Counted from the stretch's first letter, positions 9,846 to 20,017 are shown. The stretch is DNA of 64,000 nt from Minisyncoccia bacterium (GCA_049304015.1 JBAQNS010000009.1:3228-67227); one strand, 5' to 3'. Numbers and translations: made by a program. The notes: generated from the sequence alone by a model not told the origin.

Positions 9846-10643
9846 ATGTCAATTTTCCACGCCATTATTTTAGGTATTGTAGAAGGCGCCACAGAATTTA
9901 TTCCTGTTTCCTCATCTGGTCATTTAATACTGGCTCACAAAATGTTTAATATTCAAGGCATAAACGATCTTGGTGTCGATGCTATATTCCAATTTGCTAC
10001 AATCCTCGCAGTTTTGGTCTATTTTTGGTCAGATTTATGGCATTTAATGATGGTTTTTATAAGGATGTGTATGAAGAAAATTGTGGCTGATGAAGATAAG
10101 ATTATGATATACGCCATTATAGTAGGTACTATTCCTGCAGTTATTTTTGGGCTCTTTCTTGAGAAATATATGGAGACTATTTTTAGAAGTTCTCAATTAG
10201 TGGCCTGGACACTTATCATAGGGGCACTGGTTATGTATTTGGCAGAAAGATATGCAAAACAAAATAAGACTTTAACTACAAATAAGGGATTTATAATTGG
10301 TCTATTCCAGACATTAGCTCTTGTACCTGGGGTATCTCGTTCCGGAGCAACTATTTCTGGAGGGCTATTTTCTGGATTGACAAGAGAGTCAGCTACAAAA
10401 TTTAGCTTTCTTCTATCTTTCCCTATAATTGTCGGCGCTGGTTTGAAATCTTTCTTAGATGTATATAAAACAGGAGAAATTGCCACTATTGGTTCTCTAC
10501 CTTTAGGTATAGGTTTTTTGGTTTCGTTTTTTGTCGGGTTAGCTTCAATACATTTTCTTATTCAATACTTAAAAACCCACAAGTTAGATATCTTTATCTG
10601 GTATCGTGTTGTATTGGCTGTGTTAATTTTTGTTTTTCTCTAG
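9846..10643 (+). CDS. uppP: Undecaprenyl-diphosphate phosphatase
   Basis: The MSIFHAIILGIVEGATEFIPVSSSGHL N-terminus and the multi-TM profile are typical of the BacA/UppP family. Confidence 0.85.
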   Translation: MSIFHAIILGIVEGATEFIPVSSSGHLILAHKMFNIQGINDLGVDAIFQFATILAVLVYFWSDLWHLMMVFIRMCMKKIVADEDKIMIYAIIVGTIPAVIFGLFLEKYMETIFRSSQLVAWTLIIGALVMYLAERYAKQNKTLTTNKGFIIGLFQTLALVPGVSRSGATISGGLFSGLTRESATKFSFLLSFPIIVGAGLKSFLDVYKTGEIATIGSLPLGIGFLVSFFVGLASIHFLIQYLKTHKLDIFIWYRVVLAVLIFVFL

Positions 10644-11215
10644 AAGGGGAGAGTAAAGGTCAACTTGTTTTCATTCGGTTCTTCCCACTCTGAAGTATCT
10701 AATTTTATTTCATTGAGTACTCCTCCTTCTTTAAAAATAAGCTTGTTGTTTGCACGAGCATATTCATATACTTCCTTAGTTATCTTCACATCTTCAAGGC
10801 AATATTGACGAATTTTATCTATCTCACCCTTTTTCCACCAAATGATGGCATCAAATCCTGACCCTGATTTATTTTTGCCTAATGTGCCTTCTGCTATTTG
10901 ATCAAGCTTCATTCTACGTCCATAAGATTTCTGAATTTCCTTTAATATGTCCAATGATTTAATTTTGGTTAAGTCTCCTGGATAATATTTGTTCAATAAT
11001 GGGATGTCAAAATGATCAGAATTATATCCAATAAGCATGTCAGCTCTCTCAAGTATTGGCCAAAGTTTCGGCAACTCGTCTTCTAAATAAGATGAATACG
11101 TATCTGTTTCTGAGTCATGAATACAGACAATTGATATGTCCAAAAGCGATGGGTCGTTTTTCCCCACGTCAGCAAATACATTTTTTGTTTCTATATCAAA
11201 AACTATTTTACGCAT
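10640..11215 (-). CDS. DEDD-family 3'-5' exonuclease (PolB-exonuclease-like)
   Basis: FDIET motif at the N-terminus, YNSDHFDIPLL motif II, and a C-terminal Y-x3-D region. Confidence 0.6.
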   Translation of the reverse strand: MRKIVFDIETKNVFADVGKNDPSLLDISIVCIHDSETDTYSSYLEDELPKLWPILERADMLIGYNSDHFDIPLLNKYYPGDLTKIKSLDILKEIQKSYGRRMKLDQIAEGTLGKNKSGSGFDAIIWWKKGEIDKIRQYCLEDVKITKEVYEYARANNKLIFKEGGVLNEIKLDTSEWEEPNENKLTFTLPF

Positions 11216-12282
11216 GCAGAAATTTCACTTGGCTTTACTAGTTTTTCTTCTCCTGTACCTAGATTTTTTAGTTTATAGGTTCCAGATTTAACTTCCTCAT
11301 CACCAATTACTATTATGTACGGTACTCTGTGTTTATCTGCTGTTTTTATTTGGTCTCCAATCTTGCGGTCACTAAAATCTATAGACACATTTACACCATC
11401 AGCACGCAAGATATCAGCTAATTTCTCAGCTTCTAGGACAAAATCAAGTGAGAGAAGAGCAATATATAAATTTGTAGTTGATTTATAGTCAGGTAATAAA
11501 TTATGTGTCTCAAGGAAATCTTTTATTGTCACATCTCCAGCCCCGAAACCAACTGCAGGGACATCATCATGGGAGAAAAGGTCTATAAGGTTGTCGTACC
11601 TTCCACCACCAAGGATTGAACGAGGATTTGTAGAGTTGGTGTCAAACAATTCAAAAACCACACCAGTATAATAAGCTTGTCCACGAGCCAAAGTTTCGTC
11701 AATTCTCATATTATTTATACCTTCTTTGTTTAATTCAGAAATAACCTTATTCAATTCCTCAACTGTTGAATGACTGTTTAATCTAATCTCAAAGTCACTA
11801 TCTGTAGCACCAAAATTAAGCATAATTCTATAGGCAATTTTAATTATTTCTACATCCGCCATAAAATTCTTTGCTCCGAATATATCCACGTTCAGTTGCC
11901 AGTGTTCACGTAGGCGACCGCGCTGTGGCGCTTCGTATCTAAAAAGATTAGGAATTGAATACCAACGAAGAGGGAAACCAAGGTCCCTTTTGTGGGCAGC
12001 AACCATACGAGCCACAGTTGGGGTCATCTCAGGTCGAAGGGTAACCTCTCTTTCACCTCGATCAATAAAAGTGAAAGTTTGTTCCTTGACTATTTCCTCG
12101 CCGGATTTTTCTTTATATATTTCTGATGGTTCGAGGATTGATGCTCCGTATTCTACATAACCAAAGCTTTCTATGGTGCTTCTCCAAACACTAAAAATGT
12201 AGCTTTGGACAAATTGGTCTTCTGGATAAAAATCTCTAACTCCCTTATATGAATCTGTGCTTAGTTTATTAGACATAGACAA
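11203..12282 (-). CDS. hisS: Histidine--tRNA ligase (compact form, 359 aa)
   Basis: The RYEAPQRGRLREHWQLNVDIFG HisRS motif and a C-terminal anticodon-binding domain are present. Start is TTG at 12282 or ATG at 12276. Confidence 0.85.
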   Translation of the reverse strand: MSMSNKLSTDSYKGVRDFYPEDQFVQSYIFSVWRSTIESFGYVEYGASILEPSEIYKEKSGEEIVKEQTFTFIDRGEREVTLRPEMTPTVARMVAAHKRDLGFPLRWYSIPNLFRYEAPQRGRLREHWQLNVDIFGAKNFMADVEIIKIAYRIMLNFGATDSDFEIRLNSHSTVEELNKVISELNKEGINNMRIDETLARGQAYYTGVVFELFDTNSTNPRSILGGGRYDNLIDLFSHDDVPAVGFGAGDVTIKDFLETHNLLPDYKSTTNLYIALLSLDFVLEAEKLADILRADGVNVSIDFSDRKIGDQIKTADKHRVPYIIVIGDEEVKSGTYKLKNLGTGEEKLVKPSEISACVK

Positions 12283-12511
12283 AGTATAACAGATTATTTA
12301 TAGTGGGTTAAGAAGTTCAAAATTTGACCAGGAGGTTGTTTTGGGCACAAGGAATGGTGGCTTTGATGATGATGAGTTTGATACTGGACCCATCTTCTCA
12401 CCTGTGACTATCATCTTCATAGTGGTGGTGGTCATAATGCTCGTTTTCACAGCGCTCAAGCCAACCCAAGCGCCGGTGTGTGTGCCAACTGCCACGCATC
12501 ATTGCAAGTAG

Positions 12512-12540
12512 CCTATCTGCTGTTCGGATAGGTTTTTTTT
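12512..12540 (+). terminator. Hairpin CCTATC-N9-GATAGG followed by T8
   Basis: Seen directly; sits 16 nt upstream of the truB start, at the end of a GC-rich 270-bp divergent intergenic region. Confidence 0.5.
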
Positions 12541-12555
12541 ATATAGAATGCGTTT

Positions 12556-13305
12556 ATGGAAACAAAAGTTCTAACCCTTTATAAAAACCTTGGAGAGACA
12601 CCACTTGAATGCATTGAACGCTTTCGGTTGGATAATCCAGAATATAAGGATACAAAGATGACTTATCTTGGGCGACTAGACCCAATGGCTGAAGGATTGC
12701 TTCTAATACTTGCAGGGAATACTAAAGAGAGAGAAGTATATCTTTCTATGGATAAAGCATATGAATTTGAAGTACTTTGGGGCTTTGAGACAGATACTTA
12801 TGATGTATTAGGGCTTATTAGTGCAGGTTCTGGAATGGTGCCACATAAGATTGAACAAAGAATACCAAGCTTATTAGACACTATAAGAAACAAAAAACTT
12901 CAATCATATCCTCCATATTCATCCAAGACAGTAGAAGGTAAACCTTTGTTTCAATGGTCTAGAGAAAGGAAAATAGAAGAAATTGATGTGCCAGAGAGAG
13001 GAATTAAAATATTCTCTATTGAACACTTGGACACAAGATTAATCTCAAAAGATGTGTTATTAGAAGAAATCAAGAGAAAAGTAAATTTAGTTAAAGGTGA
13101 TTTTCGTCAGCAGGATATTTTAGACAGATGGGGTAATTTTCTAATGGAATCCAAAGAGAAAAATTTCTATATATCAAAATTTAAAGCCAGTGTCAGTAGT
13201 GGTACGTATATACGTGGGCTTGCTCATGAGATGGGTAAATACTTTGAAGTTGGGGCTATAGCCTTTTGGATAAAACGAACGAGAGTCGGGGAATACATTT
13301 TATGA
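12556..13305 (+). CDS. truB: tRNA pseudouridine(55) synthase TruB-like
   Basis: GRLDPMAEGLL catalytic Asp motif; 249 aa. Confidence 0.8.
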   Translation: METKVLTLYKNLGETPLECIERFRLDNPEYKDTKMTYLGRLDPMAEGLLLILAGNTKEREVYLSMDKAYEFEVLWGFETDTYDVLGLISAGSGMVPHKIEQRIPSLLDTIRNKKLQSYPPYSSKTVEGKPLFQWSRERKIEEIDVPERGIKIFSIEHLDTRLISKDVLLEEIKRKVNLVKGDFRQQDILDRWGNFLMESKEKNFYISKFKASVSSGTYIRGLAHEMGKYFEVGAIAFWIKRTRVGEYIL

Positions 13306-13314
13306 AAATACCCA

Positions 13315-13710
13315 TCATGATCTGATGGGCGGGATGTTGTTTTGGACGAGGATTGATTCAATTCGATTCCCAAGCTCACTAAGTTTGAACGGTTTACTGA
13401 GTAGGTGTCTATCAGTAATACCAAACTGAGAAAGATGTTCCATCTCATAAATCTGAAGAGAGCCAGAGATGATTAGCACTGGGATGTGTCTATTAGCTGA
13501 ATCCTGTCGAATTAGCCGTATTAACTCACCACCATTCTTACCAGGCATCTCCCAGTCAGTGATCACGAAGTGTATTTCGCGCTCTTGAATGATGTCTGCT
13601 GCCTCGTCTACAGAAGAAGCTTCGATTATCTGGGAATGGCCCATAATATTAAGAGCCTTGATGATAAGTCTTCGAAGAAATGACTCATCATCTACTAGCA
13701 AGATTCTCAT
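13315..13710 (-). CDS. Single-domain response regulator (CheY-like receiver)
   Basis: MRILLVDDE...VITDWEMPGKNGGELIRLIR...IPVLIISG; the receiver-domain acidic residues and Lys are present. Confidence 0.8.
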   Translation of the reverse strand: MRILLVDDESFLRRLIIKALNIMGHSQIIEASSVDEAADIIQEREIHFVITDWEMPGKNGGELIRLIRQDSANRHIPVLIISGSLQIYEMEHLSQFGITDRHLLSKPFKLSELGNRIESILVQNNIPPIRS

Positions 13711-13778
13711 AATGTCGTCCTAGTTTGGGTGTACGAAATTCTCTGTAGACTTTACAGAAAATATGGCTATATGTCAAG

Positions 13779-15596
13779 CTATTTTAAGTCTTTTCTCAAA
13801 GCTTTTGAACGTTCCTGTTGAGTGAGAAACTGTTTGCGTAAACGAGTTGAGGTAGGAGTAATTTCAATATATTCATCTTCGTTCATGATTTCCATGGCTC
13901 TTTCTATAGTTAATGTCCAAGCAGGCACAAGAAAGATTGAATCATCACTTCCTGAAGCGCGCATATTAGTGAGCTGCTTACCTTTGGTAGGGTTCACATA
14001 TAAATCTTCACCTTTTGAGGTGTTGCCTATAACTTGTCCCTCATATACTTCGGTACTCGGTCCAATATACAAAACTCCACGTTGTTGAAGGTTGTCGAGT
14101 GAAAAGGCGAGAACTTTTCCATTTTCCATTGAGACCATAGCTCCCACATGTTTATGTTTTATTTCTCCAGCATAATCTTTGAAGGCGGTGAAGCGTGAGG
14201 AGAAAATACCCAAGCCTCGAGTGTCCACTACGAATTGTCCGCGGTATCCAAGTAGTCCTCGGGTGGGTGCCTCTAGAATTAAACGAGTTTGTCCGTGTTC
14301 AGTTTTCATATCCATAAGAATAGCTCTTCTTTCTGTGAGTTTAGAAATCACTCCACCACTGGCTTCCTCAGGTACATCAATGACTACTTCTTCATAAGGT
14401 TCAAGTTTCTTACCATTTTCTTCTTTGATGATTACATGAGGTTGAGAAACCTGCACCTCAAAACCTTCTCGTCTCATATTTTCAAGTAAGATGGCAATGT
14501 GAAGTTCTCCACGACCAAAGACTGTTAATTCTTCGTTTGAAGAAAAATCCACTTTGAGCCCCACGTTCACCTCGAGTTCTCGTTCAAGTCTCTCTCTAAT
14601 CTGTCTACCAGTTACGTATTTACCCTCTCGTCCTGCGAATGGGGAATCGTTAACAAAGAAGTTTAGAGAAATAGTTGGTTCATCTACATTAATGGCGGGT
14701 AGGGCCTCTATAGAATCAGAACCTCCAATGGTGTCTCCGATGTATATCTCAGGCAATCCAGCAATCATGCAAATATCGCCAGCAATGGCGAATTCATTTT
14801 CTATTCTCTTTATACCCTCAAAAGTGAAGAGTTTAGTAATCTTGCCTTTATATGAAGTGCCATCAGTCTTTTTTACCCAAACTTCTTGTCCATTTTTTAT
14901 AGTACCTTCATAGACACGAGCAATAGCTAACCGACCAAGGAAATTATCATAAGCAAGATTAAATGGTTGCAGACGCACAACTGCTTCAGTATTTTGAGGG
15001 GCAGGGGGTACGTGTTCTAGAACAACATCGAGTAGAGGTGCGAGGCCGTTTGAACCAGTAGGGAATTCATCAGATAGATTTTTCTTGGCTACACCCTCAC
15101 GCCCGATGGCATACACAGTAGGGAAATCAATCTGTTCATTATTGGCTCCAAGTTCAAGGAAAAGTTCGAGAACCATCTCATGTACTGCCTCAGGTCGAGC
15201 CGCAGGTTTATCAATTTTATTTATAACTACAATAGGTTTAAGTCCGAGTTCAAGAGATTTTTTGAGTACGAAACGGGTTTGAGGCATTGGGCCTTCCTGA
15301 GCATCTACTACTAGGAGCACTGTGTCTATGGAGCGAAGCACTCGTTCTACTTCTGAACCGAAGTCTGAGTGTCCTGGAGTGTCTACGATGTTTATCTTTG
15401 TATCTCTATAAAAAATTGAGGTGTTCTTAGAATAAATGGTGATTCCTCGTTCCTTCTCCAAATCATTGGAGTCCATGGACACACCTTCCTCGACCATACC
15501 TGTCTGACGCATCAAAGCATCGGTCAAGGTTGTCTTGCCGTGGTCTACGTGAGCGATAATTGCAATATTGCGGATTTCCATAATAAAAACGGCCAA
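13779..15596 (-). CDS. typA: Translational GTPase TypA/BipA
   Basis: IRNIAIIAHVDHGKTTL G1 motif, DTPGHSDF and NKIDK motifs, about 600 aa; the real start is likely the MEIRN Met at 15581. Confidence 0.9.
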   Translation of the reverse strand: MAVFIMEIRNIAIIAHVDHGKTTLTDALMRQTGMVEEGVSMDSNDLEKERGITIYSKNTSIFYRDTKINIVDTPGHSDFGSEVERVLRSIDTVLLVVDAQEGPMPQTRFVLKKSLELGLKPIVVINKIDKPAARPEAVHEMVLELFLELGANNEQIDFPTVYAIGREGVAKKNLSDEFPTGSNGLAPLLDVVLEHVPPAPQNTEAVVRLQPFNLAYDNFLGRLAIARVYEGTIKNGQEVWVKKTDGTSYKGKITKLFTFEGIKRIENEFAIAGDICMIAGLPEIYIGDTIGGSDSIEALPAINVDEPTISLNFFVNDSPFAGREGKYVTGRQIRERLERELEVNVGLKVDFSSNEELTVFGRGELHIAILLENMRREGFEVQVSQPHVIIKEENGKKLEPYEEVVIDVPEEASGGVISKLTERRAILMDMKTEHGQTRLILEAPTRGLLGYRGQFVVDTRGLGIFSSRFTAFKDYAGEIKHKHVGAMVSMENGKVLAFSLDNLQQRGVLYIGPSTEVYEGQVIGNTSKGEDLYVNPTKGKQLTNMRASGSDDSIFLVPAWTLTIERAMEIMNEDEYIEITPTSTRLRKQFLTQQERSKALRKDLK

Positions 15597-15911
15597 TGCC
15601 GAGAGAAACTATTAAATCACAAAAAACATAAAAGAGCAATGAAGTTTTCCACCATTATTATAAGTTACCCACAATTAATACACAGGTTCTGCACCAAATG
15701 ACCATTTGCACTACATTGACTTTCGTAGTATAGGGTCGACAATTAATATACTCAGTCCTTATGAGGAGCACCAACAATAGATAAAAGTCTCGCTTTGTCG
15801 GGAGTTATGAACTCGATTAGAGACAATAATACTTTAAATTAGTGGTCGCTTCCTAAAAAAAGGAGTGAGCTGCAACACCAAGGCCCTTCGCTAAATGCGG
15901 GGGCTTTTGGT

Positions 15912-16460
15912 TTATTTCACTTCCACTAATAAACCTTTTGAATATATGTAGGTTTTAGTAATACTCAAAGTTGGTTCGGCAGACATTGGTTCATTGGTTC
16001 TTCTGTCTAAATAAGTGAGTGATATCAGTCCATTTTTTATAGTGATAGTTTTTGGTTCTACTCTGTCTCCAACAAAGATTGCATTGGTGCCAAAGTACTT
16101 TAGTGGTGCAGAAACAAACCCTGCAATATATACAAACAATCCTGAACCAGCACCATCTTGTACTAGAACCACAACAGCATCTTCCTTTTTATCATTATTT
16201 AGGTCTCCAAATCCCACAATGTCTGTAAGTGATGTTTCTACTACTGCGGAACTTTTGTCTACTTGCTTTTCATTGACTCCATCTTTAAGTGTTAATGCAC
16301 CATCTTCAAAATCAAATGTGGCATTTGATGGATCAGGGTGAGTAAGTAATGCTTGGTTTGTAACATCGGTCGCAGTTGGGGCTTTAGATGTCTTGTTGTA
16401 CAAAAACCAAATACCTAAAACAATTAGGACCACTACAACGATTTTTAAGAGTGTTTTCAT
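15912..16460 (-). CDS. Hypothetical membrane-anchored/secreted protein
   Basis: N-terminal hydrophobic helix (MKTLLKIVVVVLIVLGIWF) with no recognisable domain. Confidence 0.5.
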   Translation of the reverse strand: MKTLLKIVVVVLIVLGIWFLYNKTSKAPTATDVTNQALLTHPDPSNATFDFEDGALTLKDGVNEKQVDKSSAVVETSLTDIVGFGDLNNDKKEDAVVVLVQDGAGSGLFVYIAGFVSAPLKYFGTNAIFVGDRVEPKTITIKNGLISLTYLDRRTNEPMSAEPTLSITKTYIYSKGLLVEVK

Positions 16461-16495
16461 GCTTCAAGTATACCAAAAAAAGGTATAATTGTTTA

Positions 16496-16780
16496 ATGGA
16501 AAATATAACAATAATATTTGATATAGCCATTGCAATAATTTCTGTTTTAGTTTTAATTAAATTAACAGGATATGGTGGAATTATCGGCCAAACATTACAA
16601 AAAATTGGCTATGGGATTGTGATTATTGGAGTTTCCCAATTAGTGGAAACAATAGGTCTTTATATATTGGGAAATAAAATGAGCGAAGTTGATATTCTTC
16701 ATTTTTTTCACCGTTTAATTTTACTAATTGGGGTATTGCTTGTTTATTCTGGATTCAAAAAATTAATGACGAAAGGATAG
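16496..16780 (+). CDS. Hypothetical small membrane protein (3 predicted TM helices)
   Basis: Internal Met MENITIIFDIAIAIISVLVLIKL...; the longer ORF start at 16388 would overlap the upstream minus-strand gene. Confidence 0.4.
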   Translation: MENITIIFDIAIAIISVLVLIKLTGYGGIIGQTLQKIGYGIVIIGVSQLVETIGLYILGNKMSEVDILHFFHRLILLIGVLLVYSGFKKLMTKG

Positions 16781-16784
16781 TTTT

Positions 16785-16860
16785 TGGCTCCGCGACCAGG
16801 GCTCGAACCTGGGACATCCTCCTTAACAGGGAGGCGCTCTACCGACTGAGCTATCGCGGA
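16785..16860 (-). tRNA. tRNA-Asn (GTT), CCA encoded
   Basis: Reverse complement is TCCGCGATAGCTCAGTCGGTAGAGCGCCTCCCTGTTAAGGAGGATGTCCCAGGTTCGAGCCCTGGTCGCGGAGCCA: a cloverleaf with GTT anticodon and a GGTTCGAGCC T-arm. Confidence 0.9.
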
Positions 16861-16964
16861 ATGTTCTGATGATATCAAATATACTGATTCAAGCAAATAT
16901 TTTCTACATATATACTGCAGACAATTACTCTGATTGTGGGGTAAACTAAAGTACAATTAATGCT

Positions 16965-17726
16965 ATGAAAGAAAGATGGAAAAAGCTGTCTTATTTGATG
17001 CTAATATTCAGTGTCTATTTTATTGCTGTTCCTTCAACATCTTTTGCCCAAAGTACTCCATCTTCATCAACCAGAATTAATGCTCGAATTTTGCCCACTA
17101 TTTGGTATTCATCACTATCTATAAAAGAAGGGGATAAAATAAAAATCTATTCAGGTCTTCAGAATAATTCAGGAGTGGATATTAGTGGCACTGTTAGTTT
17201 TTATATTGATAACAACAAGGTGGCCTCGGACACCTTTGTATCAAAATCAGAAAGTTTAAAGGATGTCTCTATAAATTGGGTGGCTGAACCAGGGACTCAT
17301 GAGGTCCAAGTGAAAATAGTTCCTTCATTACCAGCAGACAAAATATTGATTTCTACTGAGACAGATGTATCAAAGATTAGTGTAGAAAGAATTATTACTC
17401 AGGAAGTCATTCAAGAATCAATCATGAATACTGCTACCTTGGTGGTAGACAAGGTTGACCAAGCAGCGAACGCTTTGGCAGATAAAGTGATTAGTCTAAA
17501 GAGCCCTACAATGAACACATCAGTAACCAATCCTTCCAAATTGACTGGAAGTGTTTTAGGGGCTTCTACTAGCACTAAAGCTAGTGTGAAAAACAGCGAA
17601 GTTCAGTCTAATTCACCATTTAATATTGTTTGGGATTTGTTGGCCACACTTCTTAGGCATTGGAAGTGGACCCTTTCTGGTTTGGTGGTTTTGTTTTTGG
17701 TTGTTAAACTGATTAATAATAAATAA
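16965..17726 (+). CDS. Hypothetical secreted protein with C-terminal TM anchor
   Basis: Signal peptide MKERWKKLSYLMLIFSVYFIAVPSTSFAQ and a C-terminal hydrophobic segment LSGLVVLFLVVKLI. Confidence 0.55.
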   Translation: MKERWKKLSYLMLIFSVYFIAVPSTSFAQSTPSSSTRINARILPTIWYSSLSIKEGDKIKIYSGLQNNSGVDISGTVSFYIDNNKVASDTFVSKSESLKDVSINWVAEPGTHEVQVKIVPSLPADKILISTETDVSKISVERIITQEVIQESIMNTATLVVDKVDQAANALADKVISLKSPTMNTSVTNPSKLTGSVLGASTSTKASVKNSEVQSNSPFNIVWDLLATLLRHWKWTLSGLVVLFLVVKLINNK

Positions 17727-17736
17727 TAATAAAAAT

Positions 17737-18135
17737 ATGAAAGGCTTTCATTCAAACATAGAAAAAGACACAGTAGAAAACAATAATTTTCGCAAAGTTC
17801 TGTATACAGGCAAACACAGTCAGCTAGTGCTTATGAACCTCAGACCATTAGAAGAAATAGGTTTGGAAGTTCACTCAGATAATGATCAATTTTTTAGAAT
17901 TGAGAAGGGAATGGGCAAATGCATTATTGATGGTAATGAATATGAATTAACTGACGGTGTGGCCATAGTGGTACCTTCAGGAGCCGAACATAATGTTGTG
18001 AATACCTCTGAGACTGAAGATTTGAAGTTATACACCATATATTCACCAGCTCATCATAAGGACGGCATAGTGAGAATGACTAAAGCAGAAGCAGAAGCAG
18101 ATGGACCAGAGTTCGATGGGGTGACAACTGAATAA
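17737..18135 (+). CDS. Cupin domain protein
   Basis: Cupin two-motif pattern HSDNDQFFRIEKG...VVPSGAEHNV. Confidence 0.7.
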   Translation: MKGFHSNIEKDTVENNNFRKVLYTGKHSQLVLMNLRPLEEIGLEVHSDNDQFFRIEKGMGKCIIDGNEYELTDGVAIVVPSGAEHNVVNTSETEDLKLYTIYSPAHHKDGIVRMTKAEAEADGPEFDGVTTE

Positions 18136-18136
18136 G

Positions 18137-19159
18137 TTAGACTATTTTATCCTTTGAATGTTTTTCTACGTAGTTTTGGTGATAGTCAATAACTGCTGGG
18201 ATACTGGCGGCAATAGGTAAGGCTAAAAAAGCACCCAAAATACCAAACAAGCTGGCGCCAATAATAACAGCCAAGAAGGCCAAGGCAGGATAAAGGTTCA
18301 GTGCCTTATTATAAATAACTGGAGAGATGAAAGCATTTTCTACTTGTTGATAGACAACAAAGATTATAAGAAGAATAAATCCTTTTAGTGGGGTGATACT
18401 AAAAGCGATTAATAATGATGGGATAGCTCCTATGGAATAGCCAACCATAGGTAACAAATCTAGTATGCCTGAGAAGATAGCTAAAGGTAATGCGAAAGGG
18501 ACACTAAGAGCGATTAAACTAATATAAACTACAACTGTGCTGATTATAGAAATCAAGACATTGCCTCGAATATATTGACCAGTCACCCTTGCGACTTCTC
18601 CAAGTATCTCTTTTAGTTTTGCCTTTTCCTTATAAGGAAAGATGCTAAGAAAAAGTTTCAGTAACCGCTCATAATCAAAAATAAAGTAGATTGTGAGGAT
18701 TATTATTGAGGTAATGGATATTATTGTATTGATAATGTCCCATGAATGACTCACGAAGAAACTATAATGAGATTGAAGATACTGGCTTAAGTCAAAGTCC
18801 GTTAATGAATTAGAAATTATTGGTATGTTCTTTAGAGCATTATTAAAGTGTGAGATTAATTCAGAATATTGGACACTAAAGCTTGGAATAATGGTGATGC
18901 CTATAATAAAGAATGGGATAAGCAGAAGTAAAATAACTACCAATATTGAAAGCAATATAGGAAGTTTTGTTTTTAGATGAATTTTTTGCACTATAGGGAA
19001 TAAGGAGGCAGATATAACCAAAGAGACTAGTATAATAACTACTGCAGAAATAGCTTTCCACATAAGGAAAATACCCAAACCCATTAAAACCACTCGGCTA
19101 AGCGCCTCCCAGCTGAGGAAATGTTCTTGACTTTTCATAAAATTCATTATATCACACAA
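18137..19159 (-). CDS. AI-2E family transporter (PerM/YhhT-like)
   Basis: Eight-TM profile and the conserved GILDLLPMVG...IPSLLIAF core. Confidence 0.8.
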   Translation of the reverse strand: MCDIMNFMKSQEHFLSWEALSRVVLMGLGIFLMWKAISAVVIILVSLVISASLFPIVQKIHLKTKLPILLSILVVILLLLIPFFIIGITIIPSFSVQYSELISHFNNALKNIPIISNSLTDFDLSQYLQSHYSFFVSHSWDIINTIISITSIIILTIYFIFDYERLLKLFLSIFPYKEKAKLKEILGEVARVTGQYIRGNVLISIISTVVVYISLIALSVPFALPLAIFSGILDLLPMVGYSIGAIPSLLIAFSITPLKGFILLIIFVVYQQVENAFISPVIYNKALNLYPALAFLAVIIGASLFGILGAFLALPIAASIPAVIDYHQNYVEKHSKDKIV

Positions 19160-19265
19160 AATGAACCAAAATATTTCTTTAGTCGTATATGTATTTAGTT
19201 AGTAGTGATATTTCTGAAATCACTTATAATTATGTTATTAGAAGCGGTTTGTAATTTGAAACACT

Positions 19266-19661
19266 ATGAAAATAAATCTCAAGGGAACAGGAATTGTGTT
19301 AACTGATGCGATTACCGACTATGCCACTAAAAAAATTGGAACCCTTGAGAAGTTTGTAGACAAGAAACTTGATGGAGTGATATTCAGAGTCGAGGTAGGG
19401 AAGACGACCAAGCACCACAAGGGTGGTGACGTCTTTAAAGCAGAAGTAAATGTTACTGGTGGTGGACTTGATATATATGCAGTGGCAGAAGCAGAAGATT
19501 TGTATGCAGCCATAGACCTCGTAGAAGAAGAAGTGCAGAGGGAATTAGTGCAAGGTAAGACCAGAAAACTAAAACTTCTTCGACGTGGCCAGCGAGCCAT
19601 AAAAGATTTAATGAAAGATTTTCCTTGGGCATTAAAGCGCTTTAAAAAAGGCAAGGAATAA
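19266..19661 (+). CDS. hpf: Ribosome hibernation promoting factor (RaiA/HPF short form)
   Basis: MKINLKGTGIVLTDAITDYATKKIGTLEKF...FRVEV...FKAEVNV is typical of the S30EA family. Confidence 0.85.
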   Translation: MKINLKGTGIVLTDAITDYATKKIGTLEKFVDKKLDGVIFRVEVGKTTKHHKGGDVFKAEVNVTGGGLDIYAVAEAEDLYAAIDLVEEEVQRELVQGKTRKLKLLRRGQRAIKDLMKDFPWALKRFKKGKE

Positions 19662-19689
19662 GGGTAATTCTATATTTTAATATAAGTGC

Positions 19690-19717
19690 TTGACAAAACC
19701 TGTGAAAGGTGTATACT
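19690..19717 (+). promoter_or_regulatory. Consensus sigma70 promoter TTGACA-16 nt-TATACT
   Basis: Seen directly: cTTGACAaaacctgtgaaaggtgTATACTtcttgtA. No protein-coding gene follows on this strand. Confidence 0.5.
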
Positions 19718-19723
19718 TCTTGT

Positions 19724-20017
19724 AGAAGCTTTCTTACCGCCTGTGTGGACTAAGCGGTGAGATTGGAACGGGGCTGAAGTGGTCCACAACCAGTTGTTGG
19801 GAGAAGTAGAAACCAGTGAGTAGTCAATGTTCGATTGTCCAGCAGACTCGTCCCTCGAGACAGGGAAAAGAGGCGCTGAACAAGCAAGACAGGATTGATT
19901 CACCGTAGTACCTACCCGGGAACAAACAACTGGTCGTGTCATCTGCACCGTTCCGTGGATGATAATAGGGGTGTCTCGCATACAAGGCCCCGAAAAAACA
20001 GTTGTCCGGGTTTTTTT
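19724..20017 (+). ncRNA. Candidate structured ncRNA of unknown class (~290 nt, GC-rich)
   Basis: Bounded by the promoter above and a GC stem plus T7 at 20007-20017. Local GC is about 50% in a ~35% genome, with many local complementarities (e.g. TGTGGAC...GTCCACA, ACCGC...GCGGT). Neither overlapping ORF looks protein-like. Confidence 0.4.

Noticed and set aside
12298-12495. 65-aa minus-strand ORF in the hisS-truB spacer
   Set aside because: It is a Thr/Ser-rich low-complexity translation of a GC-rich leader. The region is more plausibly a regulatory or small-RNA region.
16744-16956. 70-aa minus-strand ORF
   Set aside because: It completely overlaps tRNA-Asn(GTT) at 16785-16860.
19724-20017. 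Identification of the ncRNA candidate as tmRNA, RNase P RNA or SRP RNA
   Set aside because: The hallmark motifs were not found on either strand: tRNA-like GGUUCGAnUCC plus ACCA end; GGAAAGUCCGGGC/ACAGAAnCCGGCUUA; SRP helix-8 GGAA/AGCAGC. The class is left open.
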